Positions 46,997 through 60,272 of a stretch of DNA of 64,000 nucleotides are shown piece by piece (position 1 is the stretch's first letter; the number at the start of each line of letters is the position of its first letter). Under the pieces are notes generated by a model. It saw only the letters and a list, made by a program, of their open reading frames with translations, ran no database searches and was not told where the DNA came from. Position numbers and translations under genes: made by a program. The stretch comes from Desulfomonilia bacterium (GTDB lineage Bacteria; Desulfobacterota; Desulfomonilia; UBA1062), in assembly GCA_963664325.2 (NCBI GenBank), contig CAXXDQ010000002.1, positions 160,001-224,000 of the forward strand, written 5' to 3'.

Positions 46997-48198
46997 TAAA
47001 CCACCTCCAGTATATGACCCATCTTTTCTTTTTTTATCTTCAGATATTTTTTGTTCATATCGGTAGGGGGAATTTCTATGGGTACCCTGTCGACTATTTC
47101 CAGGCCATATCCCTCAAGCCCGATAATCTTTTTGGGGTTGTTGGTCATGAGCCTCATCTTTTTTACGCCGAGAGAAACCAGTATCTGGGCGCCGATACCG
47201 TAATCGCGCAGGTCCGGTGCGAACCCGAGTTCCACATTGGCTTCAACAGTATCCATGCCTTTTTCCTGAAGGTGGTACGCCCTAAGTTTGTTCAGAAGAC
47301 CAATGCCCCGGCCTTCCTGTCTCATGTATACAATAACACCTTTTCCTTCAGCCTCAATCATTTCCATGGCGGCCGTCAGCTGATCGCCGCAGTCGCATCT
47401 GAGCGAGCCAAGCACATCCCCGGTAAGACATTCGGAATGGACCCTTACAAGAACCGGCTCTTCAGGGGTGATCTTGCCTTTGAGAATTGCGAAATGGTCT
47501 TTATGGTCGATGTCATTTTCATATCCGACAAGCTCGAAATTACCGTAAATCGTAGGCATCTTCGCCCTTACGACCTCCCGCACCAGTATTTCATTGCGCA
47601 TGCGGTATGCAATGGTGTCCGCTATCGTGCATATCTTGAGGCCGAACTCCTTGGCAAAACCCTCCAGGTCCTTCCTTCTGGCCATGGTGCCGTCGTCCTT
47701 CATGACTTCGCATATGACTGCACCCGGCCTCAGCCCCCCCATACTGCACAGGTCGACAGAACCTTCAGTCTGCCCGGTCCTTACCAGAACGCCTCCTTCG
47801 CGGGCCCTGAGCGGGAATACGTGGCCCGGACTTACAATGTCCGAAGGTTTTGCGTTTTCTGCGATTGCCGCTTTTATTGTTGTCGCCCGGTCTGCCGCGG
47901 ATATGCCTGTAGTAACACCTTTGCTCGCCTCGATTGAGACGGTAAACCCCGTCCCGAAAGAACTCTTGTTGTTCTTGACCATGAGTTCAAGACCGAGCTG
48001 GTCAACTATCTTGTGATCAAGCGCGAGGCATATGAGACCTCTGCCGTGCTTAGCCATGAAATTAATGGCTTCCGGTGTAATGAACTCGGCTGCCATTGTA
48101 AGGTCGCCTTCATTCTCCCTGTCTTCGTCATCTACGAGAATTATCATGCGGCCGCTTTTTAATTCGGTTATCGCTTCTTCGATTGTACAGCTTGGCAT
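46996..48198 (-). CDS. ribBA: Bifunctional DHBP synthase / GTP cyclohydrolase II
   Basis: [45 protein letters not shown]. Confidence 0.98.
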   Translation of the reverse strand: MPSCTIEEAITELKSGRMIILVDDEDRENEGDLTMAAEFITPEAINFMAKHGRGLICLALDHKIVDQLGLELMVKNNKSSFGTGFTVSIEASKGVTTGISAADRATTIKAAIAENAKPSDIVSPGHVFPLRAREGGVLVRTGQTEGSVDLCSMGGLRPGAVICEVMKDDGTMARRKDLEGFAKEFGLKICTIADTIAYRMRNEILVREVVRAKMPTIYGNFELVGYENDIDHKDHFAILKGKITPEEPVLVRVHSECLTGDVLGSLRCDCGDQLTAAMEMIEAEGKGVIVYMRQEGRGIGLLNKLRAYHLQEKGMDTVEANVELGFAPDLRDYGIGAQILVSLGVKKMRLMTNNPKKIIGLEGYGLEIVDRVPIEIPPTDMNKKYLKIKKEKMGHILEVV

Positions 48199-48209
48199 TT
48201 TGTTATCCT

Positions 48210-48845
48210 TCAGATGAAACCGTTTTGCTTCAAGAGATCGCCCAGAGTTGCGCCGCCCTTGTTATCCATCATTCTTTGAACGTACTTGCCGATTATGTCA
48301 AATTCGAGGTTTACCCTATCACCTGAGGTTTTGAGTGTCAAGGAAGTGGATTCAAGCGTGTACGGTATGATGTTAAGCTCGAAAGCATCGCTTGAAATGC
48401 TGTTTACGGTGAGTGAAATGCCGTCAACAGCAATCGAGCCTTTTTCAATCACATATTTGGAATAGGCCCTGTCGAGCTCTATCCTCAATCGTATCGATTC
48501 GCCGGATGCGCTTTTTTCCCTGATGCGGGCGACGCAGTCGACATGACCCAGGACGATATGGCCTCCGAGCCTTGCTGACAGCGAAAGCGCGCGTTCGATA
48601 TTGACTTTAGAGCCGGTTTTCATTTTGCCCAAAGTCGAACGGGCGACGGTTTCCCCTGATGCAGTGGCGGTGAATCTCGAACCTGTAATTTTAGTGGCGG
48701 TCAGACATATGCCGTCGACAGCAATACTGTCCCCGACCGCATCGCTCTCAAGGTCAAGACCTGAATCTATTTCAAGTATAAAACCTGTGGCAGAAGGCCT
48801 CATGCTGACAACGGTTCCGACCGATTCGATAATTCCGGTAAACAT
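48210..48845 (-). CDS. ribE: Riboflavin synthase
   Basis: MFTGII, GDSIAVDGICLT, GGHIVLGHVD, KGSIAVDGISLT. Confidence 0.97.
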   Translation of the reverse strand: MFTGIIESVGTVVSMRPSATGFILEIDSGLDLESDAVGDSIAVDGICLTATKITGSRFTATASGETVARSTLGKMKTGSKVNIERALSLSARLGGHIVLGHVDCVARIREKSASGESIRLRIELDRAYSKYVIEKGSIAVDGISLTVNSISSDAFELNIIPYTLESTSLTLKTSGDRVNLEFDIIGKYVQRMMDNKGGATLGDLLKQNGFI

Positions 48846-48847
48846 AT

Positions 48848-49915
48848 CTATTCCTTTATATGGGCTTCGATCATGATATCACCACCGATTGTTTGAATAT
48901 CTTCTACCATAAGGCCAAGAGCATCATCAATGCTTGAAGTCGTACCCCATGAAACAAGCTGTATCCCGGAGCCGAGGATTTTTGGTGCAATGAAGAGAAT
49001 GATTTTATCTGCAGCCGATGTCTTAAGCAGGCTTGATATGACAGAGCTTCCGCCTTCGACCAGGACCGAATGAATGCCCATAGCGCCAAGGATTTTCAGG
49101 ATTTCATTCCAGTCGAATAAACCTTCATTATTTAATCCGGATCGGATAATTTTTGTCCCTGTATCTGTTATTTCAGGCCGGTCTTTATCCGACGCAGTGA
49201 TCACCATGCATTTTTCACCCAGACATTTCGAGCCGGCCAGGATTTCAAATTCCTTGTCTACTATGACGCGAAGCGGGTCACGGCCGCCGTCAATCCTGCA
49301 TGTAAGAAGCGGGTTGTCGGTAATGACCGTACCGATTCCCACAAGTACCGCATCCATGATGTTTCTCATTCCATGGACCCTTTTTCTGGATTCTTCGGAG
49401 CTTATCCATTTGGAGTTTCCGTTTGACGCCGCAATAAAGCCGTCAAGCGTAGTGGCCGCTTTTAAGGTCACGAAGGGTAGGCCTGTTTTCATCCATTTTG
49501 CATACCATTCAATAAGCTTGCCTGCCTCTTGACCGCATATACCGGATACTACCTCGATGCCTTGATTTTCAAGTGATTTGCCGCTGCGGCATGAAACGAC
49601 AGGGTTGGGGTCATCGACTGCGTATACAACCCGTTTTATTCCAGCCCTTATTATCGCCTCGGTGCAGGGCGGGGTTTTGCCGTGATGGCAGCAGGGTTCT
49701 AGGGTGACATACAGGGTGGCCCCGGCCGGGTCCTCCGAACATGAATTAAGTGCATGAATCTCGGCATGAGACATTCCGGCCCTTGGATGGAAACCCTCAC
49801 CGATAATCCGGCCGTCTTTTACAATGACAGCCCCTACCGGGGGATTTGGCGCAGTCCTTCCCAGGCCTTTATAACCAAGCTCTATGGCCCTGTTCATGTA
49901 TGTTGCTTCGTCCAT
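48848..49915 (-). CDS. ribD: Bifunctional pyrimidine deaminase/reductase
   Basis: PNPPVG, HAE, TLEPCCHHGKTPPC, SKWIS, DNPLLT.R, VEGG. Confidence 0.97.
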   Translation of the reverse strand: MDEATYMNRAIELGYKGLGRTAPNPPVGAVIVKDGRIIGEGFHPRAGMSHAEIHALNSCSEDPAGATLYVTLEPCCHHGKTPPCTEAIIRAGIKRVVYAVDDPNPVVSCRSGKSLENQGIEVVSGICGQEAGKLIEWYAKWMKTGLPFVTLKAATTLDGFIAASNGNSKWISSEESRKRVHGMRNIMDAVLVGIGTVITDNPLLTCRIDGGRDPLRVIVDKEFEILAGSKCLGEKCMVITASDKDRPEITDTGTKIIRSGLNNEGLFDWNEILKILGAMGIHSVLVEGGSSVISSLLKTSAADKIILFIAPKILGSGIQLVSWGTTSSIDDALGLMVEDIQTIGGDIMIEAHIKE

Positions 49916-50166
49916 ATACCTGACCTTTATACCAGTTATTTTTATTATTCACTATTAACTGTATTAAGGCAGGTACTATATCCATGATTAAATCTCCACA
50001 GAGAAGAATTATAAACCATATTCAAAGACTTGCCTTTGGGAAAAATATTGGTTTGCCTGTTTTTTGATTTGCCTACTTGACTACAATTCTATATACGTTA
50101 CCTTGAGATATAATGCGTTTCAATTTTCAAGACATCGGTGCTTGCAGGGTTTTTCCTTTAAGATAG

Positions 50167-51936
<1,770 letters not shown>

Positions 51937-51944
<8 letters not shown>

Positions 51945-52260
51945 AATAAGGAAATCACATCAAAGGCGTGGAATGAAGAGAGAGGACAGGTTTGCAGTCG
52001 AGGTAGGAAAGAGAGAGGCGAGAAAGATCAAAAGCGAACTTGAGCCTGACCAGACCGTCTGGTTCGGGCTGGGAATGTTCGGGATTATCGGCTGGTCGGT
52101 CGCTATCCCCACCCTCATCGGTGTGGCTTTGGGCTTGTGGATAGACAACAGATGGCCTACTCAATATTCCTGGACTCTCATGCTTCTGGTGGCAGGTCTT
52201 TCGCTGGGCTGCCTTAACGCATGGTACTGGGTGAAAAAAGGGGGGATTACAAAAGAATGA
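51937..52260 (+). CDS. atpQ: N-ATPase AtpQ (AtpZ/AtpI-like)
   Basis: WFGLGMFGIIGWSVAIPT..G..LGLWID; position in operon. Confidence 0.9.
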
Positions 52261-52538
52261 ATCCTGTGATTTTGCTGCTGATGTCCTTTCTGGGCGGTGC
52301 TTTGCTCGGGGCGTTTTATTTCAACAGCCTTTGGAAAACGGTCAAGAAGGTGACCGATGAAGGCAAGCAGGGGATGTTCATGATAACCGGGTACTTCATC
52401 AGAACAGGTATCGTGCTTGCAGGTTTCTATATAATCATGTCCGGCAGCTGGCAGAGGATTGTTGCTGCGCTGGCAGGGTTCATTCTGGTGCGGGAAATAA
52501 TGAAGCGCGTTTTCGGCACACAAAGGGCGGCCTTATAA
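52257..52538 (+). CDS. atpR: N-ATPase AtpR
   Basis: Hydrophobic, LG.FYF..LW.TV and GFILVR; ATGA overlap with atpQ. Confidence 0.88.
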   Translation: MNPVILLLMSFLGGALLGAFYFNSLWKTVKKVTDEGKQGMFMITGYFIRTGIVLAGFYIIMSGSWQRIVAALAGFILVREIMKRVFGTQRAAL

Positions 52539-52544
52539 AATAAT

Positions 52545-53252
52545 ATGGAAATTTTATCGCTTAATCAGATAAGCCCGGACCAGGTTATCCTGTGGCACTG
52601 GTGGTTTATCACGATTAATGCAACGCTCGCTTTTACATGGATGGTAATGGCCATCCTGGTTTTGACCTCGTGGCTTGTTACAAGAAATATTACATCGAGT
52701 GAAAATATATCAAGATGGCAGGGTCTGCTTGAAGCGGTAGTCATGGGCATCCGTGAGCAAATCAGGGAAACCTCGCAAGGCGACCCCGATGAATACACAG
52801 CTTTTATTGGCACGCTCTTTTTATTTATCGGCCTGTCAAACTTTCTGATGTTTGTGCCCGGGTATGTAGCACCGACTTCTTCTCTGACAACCACCTGCGC
52901 ACTCGCGATATGTGTTTTCATTGCAGTGCCTTTTTATGGAATCAAGAATCAGGGGATTGTGCATTATCTGAAGGAATACTTCCAGCCCACAATAATATTT
53001 TTCCCGTTTCATGTAATGGGCGAAATAACGAGAACGCTGGCTCTTATGATACGTCTCTTTGGAAACATGATGAGCCACGACAAGGTAATAGGGATACTGC
53101 TGGCGGTCACGCCGTTTCTGTTCCCTGTCGTAATGCAGTGTTTAGGCCTTCTGATAGGTATGGTTCAGGCCTACATCTTTGCGATACTGGCCATGGTTTA
53201 CATAGCATCGGCTTCCCAGGCTCAGGAGGAAAAGCATCAGGCGGTAGCTTGA
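52545..53252 (+). CDS. atpB: N-ATPase a subunit
   Basis: PTSSL.TT, SRTLAL-type RTLALMIRLFGNMMS, QAYIFAILA.VYI. Confidence 0.95.
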   Translation: MEILSLNQISPDQVILWHWWFITINATLAFTWMVMAILVLTSWLVTRNITSSENISRWQGLLEAVVMGIREQIRETSQGDPDEYTAFIGTLFLFIGLSNFLMFVPGYVAPTSSLTTTCALAICVFIAVPFYGIKNQGIVHYLKEYFQPTIIFFPFHVMGEITRTLALMIRLFGNMMSHDKVIGILLAVTPFLFPVVMQCLGLLIGMVQAYIFAILAMVYIASASQAQEEKHQAVA

Positions 53253-53287
53253 AAAGGTGTAGAGACAAATAATTAAGGAGACAGGTT

Positions 53288-53563
53288 ATGGACAGTGTAA
53301 CATGGATCGCCGTAGCTTCCATCATCTCAGCCGGACTTGCCATGGGAATCGGTTCTATCGGGCCTGCACTCGGTGAAGGAACGGCAGTCAGCCAGGCCTT
53401 AAGCGCCATCGCCCAGCAGCCCGACGAGAAGAATTCGATTACGAGGACCCTTTTCGTCAGCCTTGCCATGATCGAGTCGATTGCAATTTACTGTTTCGTC
53501 ATCTCGATGATCCTGATATTCGCGAATCCATTCTGGGATCATGCCACAAAGGCAGTGAAATAG
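53288..53563 (+). CDS. atpE: N-ATPase c subunit
   Basis: GPALGEG, AQQP, LAMIESIAIY. Confidence 0.96.
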   Translation: MDSVTWIAVASIISAGLAMGIGSIGPALGEGTAVSQALSAIAQQPDEKNSITRTLFVSLAMIESIAIYCFVISMILIFANPFWDHATKAVK

Positions 53564-53569
53564 ACGAAA

Positions 53570-54352
53570 ATGCATATCGACTGGTTTGTCCTTCTCGCAC
53601 AGATAGTTAACTTCATGATCCTCGTCTGGCTGCTCAAGTTCTTTCTCTATGGAAGAATAGTAAAGGCCATAGACGAACGTCAGGCAAGACTCGCCGCAGC
53701 AAAAGAAGAAGCCGACCGAATGAAGGAAGAGGCCGATGCTGCATCAAAGGAATATGAGAACAGGAACAGGTCTCTTGAAGAAAGGATGTCGGCCATGCTT
53801 GATGATGCCAGGGTAAAGGCTGATGAAGAGAGAGCCGAACTTACCGAACGGGCAAGGAACGAAGTGGATGAACTGAAGAATGCCTGGAAGGATACTCTTT
53901 CAAGCGAAAAAACGGCTTTCCTGAATGACCTCAAATCAAGAGCGGGCTCACATGTCCAGGAATCCGTGAGGAAGATATTGCACGACCTTGCCGATGTCAG
54001 CCTTGAGGAACGCATTGTCCTTTCGTTTATGGATAGGTTAAAGGATACCGATACCGAAACGCTTGAGATGCTGAAGCAGGCTGATCAGGAAACAGGTGTA
54101 ACCGTCAGGACATCTTTCGAGGTCGAAGAAGAACTTGAGAAAAAGCTTGTCAGATATTTAAGGTCATTCGTTGCGGAAGGCGTACCGCTGGTACATGAAG
54201 TCATATCCGATGAGATTGCGGGCATTGAGCTTGTATCAATGGGAAAAAAGATTTCATGGAGCATCGGGGAATATCTCGATGATCTGAAACAGAGGTTTAG
54301 TGAGGCGCTGAAAGAAGATATACCTGATGCGCCTCAGACTGTGACTTCCTGA
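53570..54352 (+). CDS. atpF: N-ATPase b subunit with delta-like C-terminal extension
   Basis: IDWF..LAQIVNF.ILVWLL, coiled coil, GIEL...KISW. Confidence 0.93.
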   Translation: MHIDWFVLLAQIVNFMILVWLLKFFLYGRIVKAIDERQARLAAAKEEADRMKEEADAASKEYENRNRSLEERMSAMLDDARVKADEERAELTERARNEVDELKNAWKDTLSSEKTAFLNDLKSRAGSHVQESVRKILHDLADVSLEERIVLSFMDRLKDTDTETLEMLKQADQETGVTVRTSFEVEEELEKKLVRYLRSFVAEGVPLVHEVISDEIAGIELVSMGKKISWSIGEYLDDLKQRFSEALKEDIPDAPQTVTS

Positions 54353-54371
54353 AAAGGCAAGGAGAAAAGAA

Positions 54372-55922
54372 ATGGGAGCGGATACGGGGGCTCTAAATAA
54401 TGTCCTTAAAGATACATTTACAAGGCTTAAAAGCTCGCTTGACGGCTACCGGCCCGAGATAGCTGCAGAGGAAGTGGGAACCGTCACCTTTGTCGGTTCC
54501 GGAATTGTCCTTGTGAAAGGTCTTTCCGGGGTCAGATCCGAAGAGATTGTCCGTTTTCCGGGTGATCTTTATGGCCTCGTGTTCAATGTGGATGCAAACG
54601 ATTCAGGGATAATAATGCTTGACTCGACAGAAACATTGAGAGCAGGCGATGAGGTAAAACGCACGGGCCGGGTCCTTGATATTCCTGTAGGTGAAGCCTT
54701 TCTGGGCCGGGTGGTTGATGCAATCGGAAGGCCTCTGGATGGATTGGGCGAGGTCCATGGCAGCGAAAGGATGCCCGTTGAAAGGCTTGCGCCGCCCATC
54801 ATGCACCGCGATCCCGTGACCGTTCCTCTTCAGACCGGGTTAAAGGCTATAGATGCGCTCATCCCGATCGGCAGGGGGCAGCGCGAGCTGATTCTCGGCG
54901 ACAGGCAGACAGGCAAGACCGCTATCGCTCTGGATACCGCAATCAACCAGAAAAACACCGGCGTAATCTGCATCTATTGCGCAGTCGGAAAGCAGGGGGC
55001 TGATGTAGCAAGGACGGTTGCCGTACTGAAGGAATACGGCGCCATTTCGTATTCCATTGTAGTGGTGGCGTCAGGGGAAGATGCGGCTGGCCTGCAGTAT
55101 GTCGCTCCATATGCGGCCACGTCCATGGCGGAATACTTCATGTCGAAAGGGAAAGACGTGCTTATCATCTATGACGACCTTACGAGCCATGCCAGGGCAT
55201 ACCGGGAGCTTTCACTGCTGCTCAGGCGTCCGCCGGGCCGCGAGGCGTATCCTGGTGATATATTTTATATACATTCGAGGCTTCTGGAGAGGTCGACGCA
55301 CCTGAGAAAAGAATATGGCGGCGGATCGTTGACGGCATTGCCGATAATTGAAACCGAGGCGGGCGATATTTCATCATACATCCCGACAAATCTTATTTCC
55401 ATTACGGACGGCCAGCTGTACCTTTCCACCGGCCTTTACCAGAAGGGCGTATTGCCGGCTATTGACGTCGGGAAGAGCGTGTCGCGTGTCGGCGGCAAGG
55501 CCCAGCTCCCGGCTTACAGGGCCGTCGCAGGGGACCTTCGCATATCATATTCCCAGTTCGAGGAACTCGAGAGCTTTTCCCGCTTTGGGACAAGGCTCGA
55601 TGAGGCGACAAAAAAGACGCTTGAACGGGGCTGGCGTGTACGCGAAGTCCTGAAACAGCCGCAGTTCAAGCCCATACCGGTTGCAGAACAGATTGCTGCG
55701 ATGCTTGCAGTCACAAACGGGGCATTTGACAATATTTCCACGGCAAATGTAGGTGAAGCCGAAAATGCTCTGAGAAAACATGTGAAAGAGAATCAAAGCG
55801 GCATATGTTCTCAGATCGAAAGCGGAAACAAGCTTACCGATGAAAACAGGAAGGCGCTTCTTGATGAGGCTGTAAAAGCCGCCGCTCAATATACGGAAAT
55901 GACTGAAGATGGAAACGGTTGA
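54372..55922 (+). CDS. atpA: N-ATPase alpha subunit
   Basis: [36 protein letters not shown]. Confidence 0.97.
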   Translation: MGADTGALNNVLKDTFTRLKSSLDGYRPEIAAEEVGTVTFVGSGIVLVKGLSGVRSEEIVRFPGDLYGLVFNVDANDSGIIMLDSTETLRAGDEVKRTGRVLDIPVGEAFLGRVVDAIGRPLDGLGEVHGSERMPVERLAPPIMHRDPVTVPLQTGLKAIDALIPIGRGQRELILGDRQTGKTAIALDTAINQKNTGVICIYCAVGKQGADVARTVAVLKEYGAISYSIVVVASGEDAAGLQYVAPYAATSMAEYFMSKGKDVLIIYDDLTSHARAYRELSLLLRRPPGREAYPGDIFYIHSRLLERSTHLRKEYGGGSLTALPIIETEAGDISSYIPTNLISITDGQLYLSTGLYQKGVLPAIDVGKSVSRVGGKAQLPAYRAVAGDLRISYSQFEELESFSRFGTRLDEATKKTLERGWRVREVLKQPQFKPIPVAEQIAAMLAVTNGAFDNISTANVGEAENALRKHVKENQSGICSQIESGNKLTDENRKALLDEAVKAAAQYTEMTEDGNG

Positions 55923-56787
55923 AACGCTGAAGAAAAAGATCAAGAGCACGAACGACCTTCTGGGCGTCGTGAAGACCATGAAGGCTCTGGCGGCAGTCAG
56001 CATAAGACAGTACCAGCGTTCGGTCGAGTCCCTGGAAGACTATACGAATACTGTTGAAATGGGACTTGAGATCGTTCTGAAAGGGCAGGCTGAGCCTGCG
56101 GGAAAGGCAAAAAAGCCCAAAAACATAGGCGCAGTTGTTTTCGGCTCGGACCAGGGACTTTGCGGACAGCTGAATACCCTGATTGCTTCTTATACGGCGC
56201 TTGAACTCCAGATGACGCAGGTGGATTTTGACGAGGTGGTATTGATTACAATCGGTGAAAGGGCAAGGGATTACCTCGAACTTGCCGACCTGGATGTAAT
56301 AGAGAGTATTACTACACCAAGTTCGATATCAGGGATAACCCCAGCAGTTCAGGAACTGGTGATGATACTGTACGACTGGCACTTTAATCAGAAGGTCGAG
56401 CAGATTTATCTATTTTTCAACAAGTACATATCAGGTTCCAATTACATGCAGGAAGGTATGAGGATACTGCCGATTGACCGGGAATGGCTTAATACCTTAA
56501 AACGACGCAAATGGGATTCAAGGACGTTGCCGTTCTTTTCAATGAAAAAGGAAACATTGTTTCATCATCTGGTGAGGGAGTATCTTTTTGTGAGCCTGTA
56601 CAGGGCTTTTGCAGAATCGCTTGCAAGTGAAAACGCCTCCCGCCTCGCTGCAATGCAGAGTGCCGAAAAAAATATCGAAGAAAGGCTTAACGAACTTAAT
56701 CTTAGTTATTTCAGGCAGCGCCAGTCCAAGATTACAGAGGAGCTTATCGATATCGTTTCGGGATACGAGGTGCTGAAAAATTCCTGA
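55909..56787 (+). CDS. atpG: N-ATPase gamma subunit
   Basis: [33 protein letters not shown]. Confidence 0.96.
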   Translation: METVETLKKKIKSTNDLLGVVKTMKALAAVSIRQYQRSVESLEDYTNTVEMGLEIVLKGQAEPAGKAKKPKNIGAVVFGSDQGLCGQLNTLIASYTALELQMTQVDFDEVVLITIGERARDYLELADLDVIESITTPSSISGITPAVQELVMILYDWHFNQKVEQIYLFFNKYISGSNYMQEGMRILPIDREWLNTLKRRKWDSRTLPFFSMKKETLFHHLVREYLFVSLYRAFAESLASENASRLAAMQSAEKNIEERLNELNLSYFRQRQSKITEELIDIVSGYEVLKNS

Positions 56788-56797
56788 AGGACCAGAC

Positions 56798-57154
56798 TCA
56801 GATACCCGGTATCTTTGTCCTGAAAAGAAAGAATACGGCACCCATAAGACACAGGCCTGCCCAAAGGTAATCGATTGAAGGCTTTTCCTTGAGGTATAGC
56901 ACAGAAAACGGCACGAAAACTGTAAGAGTAATCACCTCCTGCAATATCTTGAGCTGTCCCACATTCATGACATGGTGTCCAATCCTGTTTGCCGGTACCT
57001 GTATCATATATTCAAACAATGCAATGCCCCAGCTTACCAGCGCGGCTATGATCCAGGGTTTGTGAGAGAGGTTCTTAAGATGGCCATACCATGCAAAAGT
57101 CATAAAAATATTGCTGAAACCCAGGAGTATTATTGTCGATATATAAGTTTTCAT
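56798..57154 (-). CDS. DMT-superfamily small membrane protein (DUF486-like)
   Basis: SNIFMTFAWYGHLK, SWGIALFEY..QVPANRIG, QLKILQEVITL. Confidence 0.9.
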   Translation of the reverse strand: MKTYISTIILLGFSNIFMTFAWYGHLKNLSHKPWIIAALVSWGIALFEYMIQVPANRIGHHVMNVGQLKILQEVITLTVFVPFSVLYLKEKPSIDYLWAGLCLMGAVFFLFRTKIPGI

Positions 57155-57337
57155 ATATTCATTTATTCCTTTCATGTTGCTGTTCTTTAATCAAAAAAAG
57201 GTATTTTTTTTATCAGACCGGTCGGGTATGTCAATAAAAAATCAGTTCAGTCTTGCAAGAATGCCCCTTATTGCTGTAAACTATTAAAAAAGAGTATATA
57301 AACTATCAAAGCATTTTTAAAATTGAGGAGGAACCTG

Positions 57338-58423
57338 ATGAAAAGATACTTGATAGCATGTGCAATGTTTATGGTTTTAATAACTTCCCCCTGTTATGCA
57401 GGAGTTACAGCCGGTGGTATTTCTGCTGGGTTTGAGGACGGATGGTATTGCTTTGACCCGCAGGAACACCTCACCAATACAACTCAGGCAGGTATTTGGG
57501 TAGGTTATGATGCAACCAAGAAAATCGGGATTGAAGGCAAAGTCGCATACAGCGGTACATTAAACAACGCAGAGACACAAAAGGTCAGGAACTGGACATA
57601 CCGTGTTGATGGTTTGTACTACTTTTTGCCTGACGCGACATTTGTGCCTTATGCTGCAGTCGGAGTGGGCGCCAGGTCAACCAGATTCTTCAACGATACT
57701 ATGGATGTGGATGCGTATGTCGGGGGCGACCGCAATTATCTGGCAGTGGATTTGGGCCTTGGCGTGAAATATTTCATAACGGATTATCTGGTGGCAAGGC
57801 TTGATGTCAGAGATGTTATGCTTCCAAACACTGATAAAGACAAGTTTCTTAACAACATTGAAGCCACCCTTGGGATAGGTTTCTATATAAGCAAAAAACC
57901 GAAAGCAGCGGCTCCTGCTCCTGTCGCAGCGGCTGCACCTCCTGCACCTGCTCCTGAACCTGCTCCCGTTGTAACTCCGCCGCCTGCGCCCGAACCAATA
58001 CCGGCTCCTGTTGCGCCTCCTCAGGTTACTACTGTTATTGAAAAAGAGATTATTGAGAAAGGTAAAGTAACGCTTGATATCAAATTCAGAACAGGCAAGG
58101 CGGACATTGATGAAATGTATACGAAAGACCTAAAGAACTTTGCAGATGTCATGAAAAAACAGCCTAACCTGAAAATATATATTGAAGGACATACAGACAA
58201 TATCGGACCTGCGGCAATGAACAAGAAACTTTCCCAGGCTCGTGCTGATAATGTGAAAAAATACCTAGTAGATAAATTTGGAATCAATGGTTCAAGAATG
58301 ACTGCAATAGGTTATGGTGAGGATAAGCCGATTGCGGACAACAAGACAGCCGAGGGCAGATTGAAAAACCGCCGAGTCGATGCTGTTGTAGAGTATGAAG
58401 ATATTCAAAAGGTAAAAAAATAG
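57338..58423 (+). CDS. OmpA-family outer-membrane protein
   Basis: Signal peptide, beta-barrel, Pro/Ala linker, IEGHTD..G...N..LS..RA and NRRV. Confidence 0.93.
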   Translation: MKRYLIACAMFMVLITSPCYAGVTAGGISAGFEDGWYCFDPQEHLTNTTQAGIWVGYDATKKIGIEGKVAYSGTLNNAETQKVRNWTYRVDGLYYFLPDATFVPYAAVGVGARSTRFFNDTMDVDAYVGGDRNYLAVDLGLGVKYFITDYLVARLDVRDVMLPNTDKDKFLNNIEATLGIGFYISKKPKAAAPAPVAAAAPPAPAPEPAPVVTPPPAPEPIPAPVAPPQVTTVIEKEIIEKGKVTLDIKFRTGKADIDEMYTKDLKNFADVMKKQPNLKIYIEGHTDNIGPAAMNKKLSQARADNVKKYLVDKFGINGSRMTAIGYGEDKPIADNKTAEGRLKNRRVDAVVEYEDIQKVKK

Positions 58424-58449
58424 TTTCCTTATTGATCAAATATATTTTT

Positions 58450-58482
58450 GACGCCTCCCGGGTAATATCGGGAGGCGTTTTT
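58450..58482 (+). terminator. Intrinsic terminator
   Basis: acgcctcccg/cgggaggcgt stem followed by T-run. Confidence 0.8.
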
Positions 58483-58525
58483 GAATAATTCATATCAGAT
58501 TGACCGGGTCAGGGAGATTCCAACA

Positions 58526-59341
58526 ATGAGAAAGCTATTTGTTGTTTCTTTGTATATTCTATTCCTGATTATTTCCGGATGTTCGGGTAATGGCGGCAGT
58601 TCCTCCCCATCTTCATCGGGACAATCAAACCAAGGACTTGTAACAGACATCCCCGCACTGTATTCAACCGTATCGCAAATAGACGTAGAAGTCTTTTATG
58701 AGCCTGGCGCGGTGCCTTATGAAGGAACTACCCAGAATGGTTTCTCATACTGGAGCATACTTGAGGCAAATATCTCAGTTTTGTTTGAATCAAGGTCACT
58801 GATACCAGATGTATATGTTCCGAGAAGTGTTGACGAAATGACTGTTCTCTCAGAACAGAACAAGTCATCCTGGACCCCTCAGGATATATTGAACCTGGCC
58901 GAATCTGTCGTTGATGATTATACATCTTCACCCAGTACCGAATTTTACATTTTTTTTGTCAAAGGATATTTAAACGAGGAAGGTAAAAATGAGACTACTG
59001 TAATCGGCGCATCCCTGACAGGTACTCCAATAATTGTAGTATTTAAAGATGTTGTCATATCAACAGGCGCTTCTCAGGCACTGTTGAAATATGTTGAACA
59101 GACCACACTTGTTCATGAATTCGGACATGCGATGGGGCTTGTAAACAACGGGGTTCCTCTTTCCAGCAGTCATCAGGATACAGCTCACGGCCATCATTGT
59201 ACAAATAATGATTGCGTGATGTACTGGCTTAACGAGGGGCTTGCCGACCTTATCGCATTTGTGCAAAATTATATGGCCACCGGTGATCCTGTAATGTTCG
59301 GTTCTGAATGTCTTAATGACGCAAAGAGTTATAAGCCCTAG
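58526..59341 (+). CDS. Lipoprotein zinc metallopeptidase-like
   Basis: Lipobox ISGC, Ser-rich linker, HEFGHAMGL and HC..DCVM. Confidence 0.8.
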   Translation: MRKLFVVSLYILFLIISGCSGNGGSSSPSSSGQSNQGLVTDIPALYSTVSQIDVEVFYEPGAVPYEGTTQNGFSYWSILEANISVLFESRSLIPDVYVPRSVDEMTVLSEQNKSSWTPQDILNLAESVVDDYTSSPSTEFYIFFVKGYLNEEGKNETTVIGASLTGTPIIVVFKDVVISTGASQALLKYVEQTTLVHEFGHAMGLVNNGVPLSSSHQDTAHGHHCTNNDCVMYWLNEGLADLIAFVQNYMATGDPVMFGSECLNDAKSYKP

Positions 59342-59398
59342 ATAAGCAGAAGGGACTGAACAGCTGAGTTAGATGAGGACGACAGGCCGCCCTTTCCG

Positions 59399-60256
59399 CT
59401 ATGTGGGGCCTTTCTTGAGAGTTCTGCATGAATCCTGATGCTGAAGGTGGCAGAGAAAAAAAGCCATGGTCTCAGATATCCTTCCAATCCACCAGATTGC
59501 CTTCCACCATGAAGGCACAATTATTATCGCTTTGTTACAGGCCACACTATCAACTGTTTTTTTAGCAAATACATATGGATCCATTGGCCTGAAGTGTTTT
59601 TCAGCTTTTGCCTTGACGTCTTCCGGTAGCTTGATAAGCATTTTTCCGAACCTTCCGCCTTCAATTATTGGGGTTCTTATGACGCCTGGGCATATAACGC
59701 TGACTTTAACGCCATGTGGACGGGCTTCAATGCGAAGGGTTTTTGAAAGTCCCAGCACGGCATATTTGGATGCTACATAACTCAATAGATACGGGACAAT
59801 AATCAAACCTGCCATTGACGAAGTATTAACGATATGTCCGAAACCTTGCTTGATCATAATGGGATATGCCGCTTCGATGCCATGCACAACGCCGTGAAGG
59901 TTTACATTAAGCACATTCTCCCAGTCCTCATGTGAATATTGAATTGCCTCGCCGAATATTGCGATTCCGGCATTGTTGAAAATGTAGTCTAACCTGCCCC
60001 TTTTTAAATATACCTCGTTGACCAGCTTTTTCACTGCTTCATGATCTGTTACATCAAGAAAGACGCTTTCCGCTTTACCGCCTTTTAATTTGATGGAATT
60101 TGCTGCATCATCGGCAAGTTCTATCTGCAGATCGGCAAGGAATAAATCGGCCCCCCTGTTTGCAAGTTCTTCTCCGAGCGCACGTCCAATACCTGATGCA
60201 CCCCCGGTAATTATTATTACCGCATCCTTGAATGTTCTGAGTCCTGTTTTCTCCAT
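59399..60256 (-). CDS. Short-chain dehydrogenase/reductase
   Basis: TGGASGIG, NNAG, YVASK, CPG. Confidence 0.93.
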   Translation of the reverse strand: MEKTGLRTFKDAVIIITGGASGIGRALGEELANRGADLFLADLQIELADDAANSIKLKGGKAESVFLDVTDHEAVKKLVNEVYLKRGRLDYIFNNAGIAIFGEAIQYSHEDWENVLNVNLHGVVHGIEAAYPIMIKQGFGHIVNTSSMAGLIIVPYLLSYVASKYAVLGLSKTLRIEARPHGVKVSVICPGVIRTPIIEGGRFGKMLIKLPEDVKAKAEKHFRPMDPYVFAKKTVDSVACNKAIIIVPSWWKAIWWIGRISETMAFFLCHLQHQDSCRTLKKGPT

Positions 60257-60272
60257 ACCCAATGCCTCCTTG

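Noticed and set aside
46945-47937. 330-aa plus-strand ORF
   Set aside because: Antisense shadow of ribBA
57900-58022. Low-complexity cctgc repeats
   Set aside because: Encodes the ordinary Pro/Ala linker of OmpA
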